This document shows positions 53,568 to 63,570 of a DNA stretch of 64,000 bases, piece after piece (position 1 is the stretch's first letter; each line of letters starts with the position of its first letter). A program made the position numbers and the translations under genes. This DNA is from an uncultured Bacteroidales bacterium (GTDB lineage: Bacteria; Bacteroidota; Bacteroidia; Bacteroidales; JAUNSR01): contig CAMTON010000001.1 of assembly GCA_947074105.1 (NCBI GenBank), positions 45,814 through 109,813 on the forward strand. Reading direction: 5' to 3'. Under the pieces are notes generated by a model, which did not search any database, was not told the DNA's origin, and saw nothing but the letters and a program-made list of their open reading frames with translations.

Positions 53568-56500
53568 TTAAACAAATTTACTGGGTTGAACTCCAAATTC
53601 CTTTTTAAAAAGCGTACTAAAATATTTAGTATTAATAAATCCTGTTTCAGCAGCAACATCATTAACACTCATACCGCTTCTTAATAATTCAACAGATTTT
53701 TGTAATCTGATTATTCGTATAAACTCCTGAGGAGCTTTTCCGGTCAGAGACTTAAGACGACTAAAGAAAAGTGTGCGGCTCATTCCCATATTCTGACAAA
53801 GAATATTTATAGTAAACTCTGTATTATCCAAATTGTCCATTACGATCCGGGTTGCCTGACTTACAAATTCTCTATCACTTTCAGAAATTTCAACATTAGG
53901 TTGTAACTGATTATTTTGTTCTGTTATTGCTACATCGTCTGATATTTCCGGATTTCGTTCTTCAGCTAACGAGTCTTTGTGTATTTTTTGAACTTGTTGT
54001 AATGATTGACGCATCAGATAACTACGCAGACGATTTCTGTTTTCCAATAATCCCTGCACTTTAAGTTTTAATATTTCCGTACTGAAAGGTTTAGGAATAT
54101 AGTCGTCTGCTCCATTTTTCAGACCTGATACCACAGCGTCATGATTAACTTTTGCCGTAAGTAATATAAAAGGAATCCCTTCTGTTTCGGGATCAGATTT
54201 TATTCTGTGGCATAACTCATCTCCCTGAATGCCAGGCATCATAACATCCGAAAGAATAAGATCGGGATATTCTTCAGCCATATATTCCAATGCAGCCTGT
54301 GCGTCCGGCTTATTAATGACTCTGTAATCTTTATCAAAGATACTACACAGATAATCGCGTAATGATTCGTTGTCCTCCACAATTAGCAGCGTATCTTTAT
54401 CATTACAATTTTCCAAATTCATTGTTTCAATACTTCTTTTAGCTGAACTGACTGTATAATTATCATTGATAAGAGGATCTTTTACAATTTCTTCGGAAAC
54501 AGTTATCATATCTTTTTTATCATTTGTGCAGTCTAAGGTCACTTTAAATGTAGTTCCTTTACCTTCTTCAGACTGATAAGAAATTTTGCCATGTAAAGCT
54601 GATACGATACGTTGAACCTGAAGAAGACCAAATCCATTTCCATCTGTTTCTGATATTCTGGCATTTTTTGCACGATAAGCGCGTTTAAGCAAATGACGTC
54701 TGGCTTCTACCGGTATTCCGATACCATTGTCGGCAACTTCTAATATGGCAGAATTTTTTCTTGTAGTTAAACGCAATTCGATAGTACCTTCTGATGGTGT
54801 ATATTTACATGCATTAGAAATAAGATTATCCAATAACATTTCCAACATATATTTATCTGCCTTTATAAATATATCATCTTCAGGCATTTTTAGAATTAAT
54901 TGCTGATGTTTTCTATCACAATAATCCTGAAAACAAACAGCCTCTCCGGCCAAAACAGAATTAAGGCACAATGTTGTAAATGTAAATTGCTCCTTGTAAG
55001 TCTCTACCTTTTCAAATTCCAGCAAACGTGTTACAAGAGTATATAATTTATTGGTATTATTACGCGCCAGATCAAGCAAGTGAAATGCATCAGGTGATAA
55101 TGATTTCTCCTTACTTAAATCCTCCAGCGGTGCCATGATTAAAGTTACGGGTGTTCGAATATCATGTGCTGTATTGATAAAATAATTCAACTTTTCTTTA
55201 TCATATTTTTTTTGCATCTGATTACTTTTATAGCGTAACATGAGATAAAAGACACATAAAAGCATAGTTAAATAAATCATCCATGCATATACAGAATTCC
55301 ACCATGGTTGAGCTATATCTATCAGTATTTCGCTCTCCGATATAATTTTCCCGTCACTACTGCGCAAACTTCGCACTTTGAACTTATATGAACCTGCCAG
55401 TACATTTGTATATTGTGCTACTCCATTATTCGTCTGATCGCTCCATGATTTATCATAACCTTCAAGAATATGCTGATAAACGATATCTCTTCTATAACAA
55501 TAATTGACGGATTCATAAGTCGCAGAGAATGAATTATATCTGTATTTTAATTTAACATGATTATTATTAATCATATCATAAATTTCCGGGAAAATACTAT
55601 CTGTTTGTTCAGGAAAAATATTTTTTATCTGCATTCCTGTTATTCGTACCGGAGAATTATAATCTGTACTTTCCATATTATCTGGATTTAGGAAAACAGC
55701 TCCAGAAGTACTTCCATATACAATATTCCCATTTTTCATATTGCATAAAGATGATTTATTGAAGGATTTGTCCACACTACCCAAATAATTAAAATTGGAA
55801 ACATGAAAATTCTGAATCATAGCTAAACCTTTACCTGTACTTACCCATAACCGATTCTTCTTATCTCGATGTAAACTATAAATATCATTAGAGGGCAAAC
55901 CATCATTAAGAGTAAGTTTCTTTACATCATCTGTCAATAAATTGTACAGACATAAACCCCCTCCTTCTGTACCTAACCATACTGTATCATCATTATTGAA
56001 AAGCATTGATATGATATAAGAGCTTGCATCCTGATCCTTATACTTCGTACTCGTAGCGTATTCCCGGATATCTCCATCAGATTTATTTATAAGATAAAAA
56101 CCATATGTCGTAGCAACTGCCAATATTTTATCATTAACAGATTGAATAGATTGAACCCAATCTATATCATACAACTGTCTTTGTTTTTTCTTATGATTTA
56201 TTATAACAAGTTTTCCCCCCAGTCCGCCGATACATAAATTACCTTCTGAATCATAATGAACTGCCAGAGTATAATTTGTAGTCAGCTCTTTATTTTGAAC
56301 CGACAGATGATCAATTATATTTCCATTTATGTCAAGCTTATAAACGCCTTTACCATATGTACCGGCCCATACAGAGCCATTTTCACCCTGACAAAGTCTG
56401 GTCACAACAATATTATTAAGTATATGTTTCCATTTCCCTGTTTTCTGATTACAGATACTGATGCCTGAATCTGTAGAATACCATAAGTTTCCGTCTATAT

Positions 56501-57572
56501 TTTCTTCTATATCATTAATATTATTGTCAGCTAAGGAGTGGATATTACCAAACTCATGAATCATTACTGTGGAAGGTATACTTAAAAGAATTGCAACTGA
56601 TACACCTCCGGTATAACTACCGACCCAAATATTAGATTGGGAATCCTTTAAAATACTATAAACACCATTAGCCAGTAACCTTGTACGGGATATATTATCA
56701 TTAGTCGCCATGAAAAGTTTAGACTGATAAGTATCCTTATTGATTGTATAAACCCCACCTCCATCTACTCCGATCAACATAGTCTCATGATCATAATCCG
56801 TAATTGAACGAATCGGGTTTCTATTGTCCAGCGCATATTTAATAAAATCCCATTTATGTGTATTCATGTTTAGAATTATAAGTCCGTCATTGAATGTACC
56901 GATCCATAACTCTTGTCTGGTATTATCATAATATAAAGACTGAACATATAAATCCTCAGTTAATTGATTTAAATCTATGGTATTATCAGATTTCAGGTGA
57001 TAAACACCCTGAGAGGAAGCTATTACTTTTGTGTTTTCTAAAGAAATGATATCTGTAATGTATTTATCCTGTAAAATACATTTTATGGAATCATTTACTT
57101 TTTTTTCATAAGCACCTTTTTGTGTGCCGAATAAACAACTGCCCTGATCATCAATATAAAATTTATTAAGAGTGATTGGCCCCGGAATCATTTGTTCCAA
57201 AATATAAACCAGAATGAATTTATCATTTCGTTCAGAATATTTAAACACTTTTCCTGTTTGATCATAAACCCATAATCCATGCTGTTCATCATAAAAAAGT
57301 CTTAATATTCGTCCTCCCATATCTCCATTGTAGAAAGGACCGGGCAAAGTATAATTTTTAACGCTATTGCCATTATATCTGTCTACGCCATCTTTGGTCG
57401 CAATCCAAATAACTTTATATTTATCTTCTGCTATAGAAAAAACACGTTGGCTACTCAGGCCGTCATAAGTGCCTAAATGTTGAACATCAAAATTGGTTTC
57501 TGAAATTTCTGCCTTTGCTACAGATATGATCAGACTTAAAAAAAATGAAATATATAATGTTATGTTTTTCAT
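53568..57572 (-). CDS. Hybrid two-component system sensor/regulator (Reg_prop-Y_Y_Y-HisKA-HATPase-REC-AraC)
   Basis: Beta-propeller repeats (IWIATKDG, LWIGT), TM, AHDIRTP, receiver DVMMP and AraC HTH. Confidence 0.96.
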   Translation of the reverse strand: MKNITLYISFFLSLIISVAKAEISETNFDVQHLGTYDGLSSQRVFSIAEDKYKVIWIATKDGVDRYNGNSVKNYTLPGPFYNGDMGGRILRLFYDEQHGLWVYDQTGKVFKYSERNDKFILVYILEQMIPGPITLNKFYIDDQGSCLFGTQKGAYEKKVNDSIKCILQDKYITDIISLENTKVIASSQGVYHLKSDNTIDLNQLTEDLYVQSLYYDNTRQELWIGTFNDGLIILNMNTHKWDFIKYALDNRNPIRSITDYDHETMLIGVDGGGVYTINKDTYQSKLFMATNDNISRTRLLANGVYSILKDSQSNIWVGSYTGGVSVAILLSIPSTVMIHEFGNIHSLADNNINDIEENIDGNLWYSTDSGISICNQKTGKWKHILNNIVVTRLCQGENGSVWAGTYGKGVYKLDINGNIIDHLSVQNKELTTNYTLAVHYDSEGNLCIGGLGGKLVIINHKKKQRQLYDIDWVQSIQSVNDKILAVATTYGFYLINKSDGDIREYATSTKYKDQDASSYIISMLFNNDDTVWLGTEGGGLCLYNLLTDDVKKLTLNDGLPSNDIYSLHRDKKNRLWVSTGKGLAMIQNFHVSNFNYLGSVDKSFNKSSLCNMKNGNIVYGSTSGAVFLNPDNMESTDYNSPVRITGMQIKNIFPEQTDSIFPEIYDMINNNHVKLKYRYNSFSATYESVNYCYRRDIVYQHILEGYDKSWSDQTNNGVAQYTNVLAGSYKFKVRSLRSSDGKIISESEILIDIAQPWWNSVYAWMIYLTMLLCVFYLMLRYKSNQMQKKYDKEKLNYFINTAHDIRTPVTLIMAPLEDLSKEKSLSPDAFHLLDLARNNTNKLYTLVTRLLEFEKVETYKEQFTFTTLCLNSVLAGEAVCFQDYCDRKHQQLILKMPEDDIFIKADKYMLEMLLDNLISNACKYTPSEGTIELRLTTRKNSAILEVADNGIGIPVEARRHLLKRAYRAKNARISETDGNGFGLLQVQRIVSALHGKISYQSEEGKGTTFKVTLDCTNDKKDMITVSEEIVKDPLINDNYTVSSAKRSIETMNLENCNDKDTLLIVEDNESLRDYLCSIFDKDYRVINKPDAQAALEYMAEEYPDLILSDVMMPGIQGDELCHRIKSDPETEGIPFILLTAKVNHDAVVSGLKNGADDYIPKPFSTEILKLKVQGLLENRNRLRSYLMRQSLQQVQKIHKDSLAEERNPEISDDVAITEQNNQLQPNVEISESDREFVSQATRIVMDNLDNTEFTINILCQNMGMSRTLFFSRLKSLTGKAPQEFIRIIRLQKSVELLRSGMSVNDVAAETGFINTKYFSTLFKKEFGVQPSKFV

Positions 57573-58147
57573 CGTTAAAAAATAATCGCAATATTATCTA
57601 CAAAAATACAAGTATACATCATTTATTCACATTTTTGAATAGTTTGAATTACTTCATTTTTTAATAAAAAATGCCTATGAACTTATGTGATAATATCTCT
57701 CTGTAAAAACAAAGTGAATTTCCTCGTTTTATAGTAGACAGATTGTATATGTAATTTCAGTATCTTCAAAAAGTTGTTTTTACATTGTGATGTCTGAATC
57801 GAATTCATTTGGAATCGTCATGTTTTTTAATTTATAGAATATTTATCTAGTCCTAAAATTGGAGCTCTTATATATTAGGCAATGTTTTAGATATAGTTCC
57901 TCTATTATAGATTTGCACCAAACAGTAATATAATATTAAAGATCAAAATCAGTTTTATAAAGACCATCATGTATCTTTTGATTATTACAATTATATTTCT
58001 TTGATTAATTTATGTAAGTTGATACAAGATATATTTTTGCAAATTCAAAAATATCATCAACTATCTTTAAAGAATGTATCGAAGATAATCAGAATCTTTT
58101 ATATGTAATTTTATTATAATTATTTTTGCCCTAAAGAAAATATATAC

Positions 58148-59032
58148 ATGCGAACATATCTAATAGACACCCTAAATAAATATAAACGTATAAGTAAAAG
58201 TTTAGATGCAAAAGCTGTTTTATGCAATAAATCCTGGCAGGTTTTTAATAATTCTGGGGAAAAAGAAATTTATATCTTTCAAGAAGACGGATCTCTTATT
58301 ATTTCAATAAATGGGAAAGCAATAATTGCAAAATGGTCTTTTATTACAGCTAATGATACAGTATTAATATCACATAATGAGTCATCATTTATGATGAAAC
58401 CATTTTTTAATGATGATAAATTATTCGTTTTACAACTTGACGGAACTAATGAATATTCTTTCCTGATAGATGAGTCTATTAAAGCTTCTTTCAGAGCAAA
58501 AACACTTAACGAATTAGAATTATATATTAAAGGTGCTGAATTTATCATAGAAAAGAAAAAGACAGAAATAGAAACCCGACCTAAGACAAAGTTTGATTAT
58601 GATAGTCAAATTAAAATGAAATCGGAATATGACAGGAAAATTTATGAAGCACAAAAAAGAATAACGCAATCAAAAAATGATTTGATAGAAAAAACTAATG
58701 ATGATTCTAAATATTTGAATGATATAAAATCTCAAACAAAAAAAATTAAACAGGAGGTAAATATATCTGAGCCCCAAAAAAGAATTACTCAGTCTAAAAA
58801 AAATTGGAGCGAAAAAAAGAATTCTAATTCGGAATCTTCTAATGAAACAAAATTACAGCAAGATGTTAAGAGTGAAACCATTTCGGTACAGGATGAAAAT
58901 AAAACCGATTGGATAACGATTGTTCTGTGGATCTGTTTTATTGGATATATTTTTTGTGCAATAATGGTATATTTCACTGAAAATCCTGAAGGAAGAAGCT
59001 TTATCTCTGTACTTTTGAATATTAAAGGATAA
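58148..59032 (+). CDS. Hypothetical protein with an internal ~41-aa repeat and a C-terminal TM
   Basis: 294-aa ORF; QKRITQSK occurs twice; hydrophobic WITIVLWICFIGYIFCAIMVYF segment near the C-terminus. Confidence 0.65.
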   Translation: MRTYLIDTLNKYKRISKSLDAKAVLCNKSWQVFNNSGEKEIYIFQEDGSLIISINGKAIIAKWSFITANDTVLISHNESSFMMKPFFNDDKLFVLQLDGTNEYSFLIDESIKASFRAKTLNELELYIKGAEFIIEKKKTEIETRPKTKFDYDSQIKMKSEYDRKIYEAQKRITQSKNDLIEKTNDDSKYLNDIKSQTKKIKQEVNISEPQKRITQSKKNWSEKKNSNSESSNETKLQQDVKSETISVQDENKTDWITIVLWICFIGYIFCAIMVYFTENPEGRSFISVLLNIKG

Positions 59033-59070
59033 TAAAAAGATATTACATAACCAGTGTTATAAATCCACTA

Positions 59071-59118
59071 AAACGAAACAGGGTGTATCAAAATTAATTG
59101 ATACACCCTGTTTCGTTT
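59071..59118. terminator. 21-bp perfect inverted repeat (terminator / REP-like)
   Basis: AAACGAAACAGGGTGTATCAA-N6-TTGATACACCCTGTTTCGTTT. Confidence 0.75.
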
Positions 59119-59156
59119 ATTGTTATATATGACATATTTTTCGTTCTTATTTTATA

Positions 59157-59197
59157 TGGTCAGGCTGGGATTCGAACCCAGGACCCACACTTTGAAG
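59157..59197 (-). pseudogene. tRNA 3'-half fragment (probably derived from tRNA-Arg(TCT))
   Basis: Minus strand CTTCAAAGTGTGGGTC-CTGGG-TTCGAAT-CCCAG-CCTGACC-A has an intact T-arm and acceptor 3' strand, but no D-arm or 5' acceptor strand upstream. Confidence 0.75.
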
Positions 59198-59231
59198 TAT
59201 AAATCTTTCGGATTAGATTAAGTACCTATAT

Positions 59232-59302
59232 AAAAAAAGAAAAGGCTGTCATCACGACAACCCAATCTTCATTAACCTTAAATCTAATACCATGAAAAAC
59301 AC
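59232..59302 (-). ncRNA. Probable ~70-nt Bacteroidales small RNA
   Basis: TACATTTG -7 promoter (59307-59314), body GTGTTTTTCATGGTATTAGATTTAAGGTTAATG, terminator GGGTTGTCGTGATGACAGCC with a long T-tract, and no substantial ORF. Confidence 0.7.
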
Positions 59303-59756
59303 ATTACAAATGTAGCGACTTTTTTGACATCTGCAATAGCATGTAAGCAAAATAAGTGTAGATTTAACATGTTATAACACAAGCCACAATTTTTGTTACT
59401 TAAACAGATATTTTTGAACAATTTTGAAAGGTATATTTTATACCTGTGTATCATTTTTCCATAAATATCTATGTTTTAACATATTTTTGTTATATCTAAA
59501 GATTGGGAATATAAAATGTAAATAATAAAATTTAGAATTTAACTACTGAGAATTTTTATTAAAAAATAAGCTATGATTTTTAAATTATTATTATTTTATA
59601 ATATCTTTATTATTAGACAGTTCCGTATTTAACAATTTAAATCTATAAAATGCCTTTTAGAAACAATTTAAAGAAAAGATGACCTGTTTAGTAATAAAGT
59701 GTAATTTTAATAGAATAAAAAATAACATTTTTCTTGCAAATTATATTATCGTGTAT

Positions 59757-59764
59757 TACTTTTG
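59757..59764 (+). promoter_or_regulatory. ilv operon -7 promoter element TACTTTTG
   Basis: TAnnTTTG match with TTG about 21 nt upstream. Confidence 0.75.
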
Positions 59765-59793
59765 CGTCATCAAACAATAAAAAAGACAAAACA

Positions 59794-59853
59794 ATGATAA
59801 CAAATTATACAATTATTCGCCTCATCTCTTCAATTCTGGTCGTCGTGGCATAG
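59794..59853 (+). CDS. ilv operon leader peptide MITNYTIIRLISSILVVVA
   Basis: 19 codons, 10 of them Ile/Leu/Val, ending ILVVV; lies between the promoter and the attenuator hairpin. Confidence 0.85.
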   Translation: MITNYTIIRLISSILVVVA

Positions 59854-59911
59854 AATAGGGAAAGGCTGTGTGTATAATTTATCTGTCATTATAATATAAA
59901 TGGATATCCGG

Positions 59912-59950
59912 TGAGCCTTTCTCTTTAATTTGAGAAAGGCTCATTGTTTT
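59912..59950 (+). terminator. ilv attenuator terminator
   Basis: TGAGCCTTTCTC-N8-GAGAAAGGCTCA followed by TTGTTTT. The alternative partner GAAAGGCT at 59860-59867 would form an antiterminator. Confidence 0.85.
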
Positions 59951-60014
59951 ATAAAAAAGAGAATTTAAGCTTTCATAAAAGGAATAAATTCTGATACGAT
60001 AAAAAGCTTTCAGT

Positions 60015-61847
60015 ATGAAACATAAATTGAGAAGTGCTCAGAGCACTCAGGGAAGAAGGATGGCCGGAGCCCGCGCATTATGGCGTGCAAACGGAATGAA
60101 AGAAGATATGATAGGAAAACCTATCATTGCTATTGTAAATTCTTTTACTCAATTTGTACCGGGACATGTTCATCTGCATGAGATCGGACAACAGGTAAAG
60201 AGCGAGATTGAGAAACTTGGCTGTTTCGCTGCTGAATTTGATACTATCGCTATTGACGACGGTATAGCAATGGGACACGACGGTATGCTTTACTCATTAC
60301 CTTCAAGAGATCTTATAGCCGACAGCGTGGAGTATATGGTCAATGCACATAAGGCTGACGCAATGGTCTGCATAAGCAACTGTGACAAGATCACTCCGGG
60401 TATGCTTATGGCCGCTATGAGACTTAACATCCCTGCAATTTTTGTATCAGGAGGACCTATGGAAGCCGGCAGAATGGGCGATAAACGTCTGGATCTTATT
60501 GATGCGATGATTCAGGCAGCTGATAAGAGCGTTGATGATGCAACGGTGCGTGAAGTGGAAAACGCTGCATGTCCGACCTGCGGAAGCTGCTCGGGTATGT
60601 TTACGGCAAACTCGATGAACTGTCTTAATGAAGTTCTTGGTATGGCTCTTCCCGGTAACGGAACAATTGTAGCAACTCATAAGAACAGAAAATATTTATT
60701 TGAAAAAGCTGCGAAACAGATCGTAGATAATACTTACAGATATTACAGAGACGGAGATGAAAGCGTTTTGCCTAGATCTATAGCAAAAAGAGAGGCTTTC
60801 CTTAACTCAATGACTCTTGATATCGCAATGGGCGGATCAACAAATACAATCCTACATCTTCTTGCTATCGCAAATGAAGCAGGTGTGGATTTCACAATGG
60901 AAGATATTCATCATCTTTCATTAAAAACTCCTGTTCTTTGTAAAGTGGCGCCGAATACTCAGAAGTATCACATAGAAGATGTGAACAGAGCCGGAGGTAT
61001 TCTTTCTATTATGGGAGAACTTGATAAAAAAGGACTTGTAAATAAAGAAGTTTCGAGAGTTGACAATATGACTCTTGGTGAGGCGATCGATAAATACAGT
61101 CTTAGCAGCAATAACCTGACAGAAGAAGCAAAAGAACTATGGCATTCCGCGCCTGCGGGGAAATTCAACCTTGTGCTTGGCTCACAGGATACTAAGTTCG
61201 ATACTCTTGATGCTGACAGAACAGAGGGATGCATCAGAGATTTCGACAATGCCTATGTAAAAGACGGAGGTCTTGCTATTCTGAGAGGTAATATAGCACA
61301 GGACGGATGTGTGGTGAAGACAGCAGGTGTCGATCCTTCTATATTTAAATTTAAAGGTACGGCAAGAGTATTCCAGTCACAGGATGATGCCTGTGACGGT
61401 ATCCTTGGCGGAAAGGTGAACAGCGGTGATGTGGTAGTAATCACATATGAAGGGCCTAAAGGCGGTCCGGGAATGCAGGAGATGCTCTACCCTACTTCAT
61501 ATATCAAATCAAGACATCTGGGTAAAGAGTGTGCTCTTATTACAGACGGCAGATTCTCAGGTGGTACATCAGGTCTTTCGATTGGACATATCTCTCCGGA
61601 AGCAGCTGCAGGAGGTAATATAGCACTTGTAAGAGATAATGATATTATTGAAATAGATATAGAAAACCGCTCTATCAATGTATTGATAAGCGATGAAGAA
61701 CTTGAAGTTCGCCGCGTGCTTGAAATGGAACGCGGAAATATGGCTTTTACGCCGACATCAAGAGAGAGAGAGATTTCAAAAGCTCTTAAGGCTTATGCTA
61801 AGATGGTTAGCTCAGCCGATAAAGGAGCAGTAAGAATTGTAGATTAG
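60015..61847 (+). CDS. ilvD: Dihydroxy-acid dehydratase
   Basis: [30 protein letters not shown] and [10 protein letters not shown] motifs. Confidence 0.98.
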   Translation: MKHKLRSAQSTQGRRMAGARALWRANGMKEDMIGKPIIAIVNSFTQFVPGHVHLHEIGQQVKSEIEKLGCFAAEFDTIAIDDGIAMGHDGMLYSLPSRDLIADSVEYMVNAHKADAMVCISNCDKITPGMLMAAMRLNIPAIFVSGGPMEAGRMGDKRLDLIDAMIQAADKSVDDATVREVENAACPTCGSCSGMFTANSMNCLNEVLGMALPGNGTIVATHKNRKYLFEKAAKQIVDNTYRYYRDGDESVLPRSIAKREAFLNSMTLDIAMGGSTNTILHLLAIANEAGVDFTMEDIHHLSLKTPVLCKVAPNTQKYHIEDVNRAGGILSIMGELDKKGLVNKEVSRVDNMTLGEAIDKYSLSSNNLTEEAKELWHSAPAGKFNLVLGSQDTKFDTLDADRTEGCIRDFDNAYVKDGGLAILRGNIAQDGCVVKTAGVDPSIFKFKGTARVFQSQDDACDGILGGKVNSGDVVVITYEGPKGGPGMQEMLYPTSYIKSRHLGKECALITDGRFSGGTSGLSIGHISPEAAAGGNIALVRDNDIIEIDIENRSINVLISDEELEVRRVLEMERGNMAFTPTSREREISKALKAYAKMVSSADKGAVRIVD

Positions 61848-61865
61848 TATTAAAAACTAAAAGTG

Positions 61866-63569
61866 ATGGAGAAAATTACAGGATCTGAAGCTCTTATAAG
61901 ATCATTACTTGAAGAGGGCGTAAAAACGGTATTCGGATACCCCGGAGGGCAGATAATGCCGGTTTTTGACAAACTTTATGATTATAAGGATAAACTGAGA
62001 CATATTCTTGTAAGACATGAACAGGGTGCGGTACATGCTGCACAGGGTTATGCGCGCGTAAGCGGCGACGTAGGTGTTGTCCTTGTCACTTCCGGACCGG
62101 GAGCGACAAATGTTATAACAGGTGTTGCCGACGCGATGATTGACTCTACCCCGCTTGTGGTTATTACAGGTCAGGTTCCATCACCATTGCTGGGAACAGA
62201 TGCTTTCCAGGAAACTGATGTCGTGGGTATTACATTACCTATCACGAAATGGAGCTACCAGATTCAGTCGGCGGACGAAATTCCGTGGGCTATCGCAAGA
62301 GCATTTTATATAGCAAGAAGCGGACGTCCGGGACCAGTGGTCATCGATTTTCCGAAGAATGCTCAGATAGGAATGATGGACTTCGAATATAAGAAATGCG
62401 ACTTTATAAGAAGTTATCGTCCGGTACCACCTACTGATCCGCATTCACTGATTCAGGCGGCTTCACTGATTAATAAAGCACAAAAACCTTTTATTATCTT
62501 CGGTCAGGGAGTTATTCTTTCTGAAGCTGAAGAGGAATTGAAGAATCTTTTAGAAAAAACCGGAATTCCCGCAGCATCCACACTTTTAGGCTTGTCTGCT
62601 CTTCCTTCAGGTTACTCGTTATACAAAGGAATGGTTGGTATGCACGGTAATCTTGGTCCAAATAAAAAAACCAATGAATGTGATGTTCTTATTGCTATTG
62701 GCATGCGTTTTGATGACCGTGTAACAAGCGATATCCATACTTATGCCAAACAGGCAAAAGTGATCCATATTGATATAGATCCTTCTGAAATAGGCAAAAA
62801 CGTGGCTGCCGAGATAGGAATACTTGGTAATGCGAAAGATGTACTTCAGAAACTTAATCCTATGCTTGAAAGAAGAAAGTTTGAGGAATGGAGCAAAGAA
62901 TTCGATGATCTTAATGAAATAGAGAATAAGAAAGTGATAATTCCGGAAACTCAGCCACAGGAAGGCGACCTGAATATGGGTGAAGTAGTTGCTAAAGTAT
63001 CGGAACTTACAAATAATGAGGCTATCATTGTTACAGACGTAGGTCAGAATCAGATGATGGCTGCAAGATATTCCAAATTCAATAAATCAAGAAGTTTTGT
63101 TTCTTCCGGAGGCCTTGGAACTATGGGATACGGTCTGCCTGCCGCTATTGGGGCTAAAATAGGTATGCCGGACAGACATGTATGTTTTTTTACAGGAGAC
63201 GGAGGTATACAGATGAGTATTCAGGAACTTGGAACCATACTTCAGGAAAATACAGGAGTCAAGATCATTATTCTTAATAATTCGTGGTTGGGAATGGTAC
63301 GTCAATGGCAGGAACTGTTCTTTGATGAAAGGTATTCTGAGACATCAATGAAAAATCCTGATTTTATAGCTCTTGCAGCCGCATATGGCATAAAGGGCAA
63401 GAAAGTGGATAAAAGAGCCGATCTTGAAGGTGCAATAAAAGAGATGCTTTCCGATAACGAACCCTATCTTCTTGAAGTGAACGTTATTGAGAAAGGAATG
63501 GTATTCCCGATGATTCCGGGAGGGAAATGTGTTTCGAAAATGATGTTAACAACTACAGAATGGCATTGA
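61866..63569 (+). CDS. ilvB: Acetolactate synthase large subunit
   Basis: FGYPGG, VRHEQGA, TSGPGATN and GDGGIQM ThDP motif. The start is GTG 61863 or ATG 61866. Confidence 0.97.
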   Translation: MEKITGSEALIRSLLEEGVKTVFGYPGGQIMPVFDKLYDYKDKLRHILVRHEQGAVHAAQGYARVSGDVGVVLVTSGPGATNVITGVADAMIDSTPLVVITGQVPSPLLGTDAFQETDVVGITLPITKWSYQIQSADEIPWAIARAFYIARSGRPGPVVIDFPKNAQIGMMDFEYKKCDFIRSYRPVPPTDPHSLIQAASLINKAQKPFIIFGQGVILSEAEEELKNLLEKTGIPAASTLLGLSALPSGYSLYKGMVGMHGNLGPNKKTNECDVLIAIGMRFDDRVTSDIHTYAKQAKVIHIDIDPSEIGKNVAAEIGILGNAKDVLQKLNPMLERRKFEEWSKEFDDLNEIENKKVIIPETQPQEGDLNMGEVVAKVSELTNNEAIIVTDVGQNQMMAARYSKFNKSRSFVSSGGLGTMGYGLPAAIGAKIGMPDRHVCFFTGDGGIQMSIQELGTILQENTGVKIIILNNSWLGMVRQWQELFFDERYSETSMKNPDFIALAAAYGIKGKKVDKRADLEGAIKEMLSDNEPYLLEVNVIEKGMVFPMIPGGKCVSKMMLTTTEWH

Positions 63570-63570
63570 T

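Noticed and set aside
57600-58100. Hidden gene or pseudogene in the HTCS-orphan intergenic gap
   Set aside because: The frames I read are interrupted by frequent stops, no ORF appears in the track, and no family motif was recognisable.
59157-59232. Intact tRNA gene
   Set aside because: The D-arm and 5' acceptor strand (GGTCAGG) are absent and the anticodon arm cannot pair.
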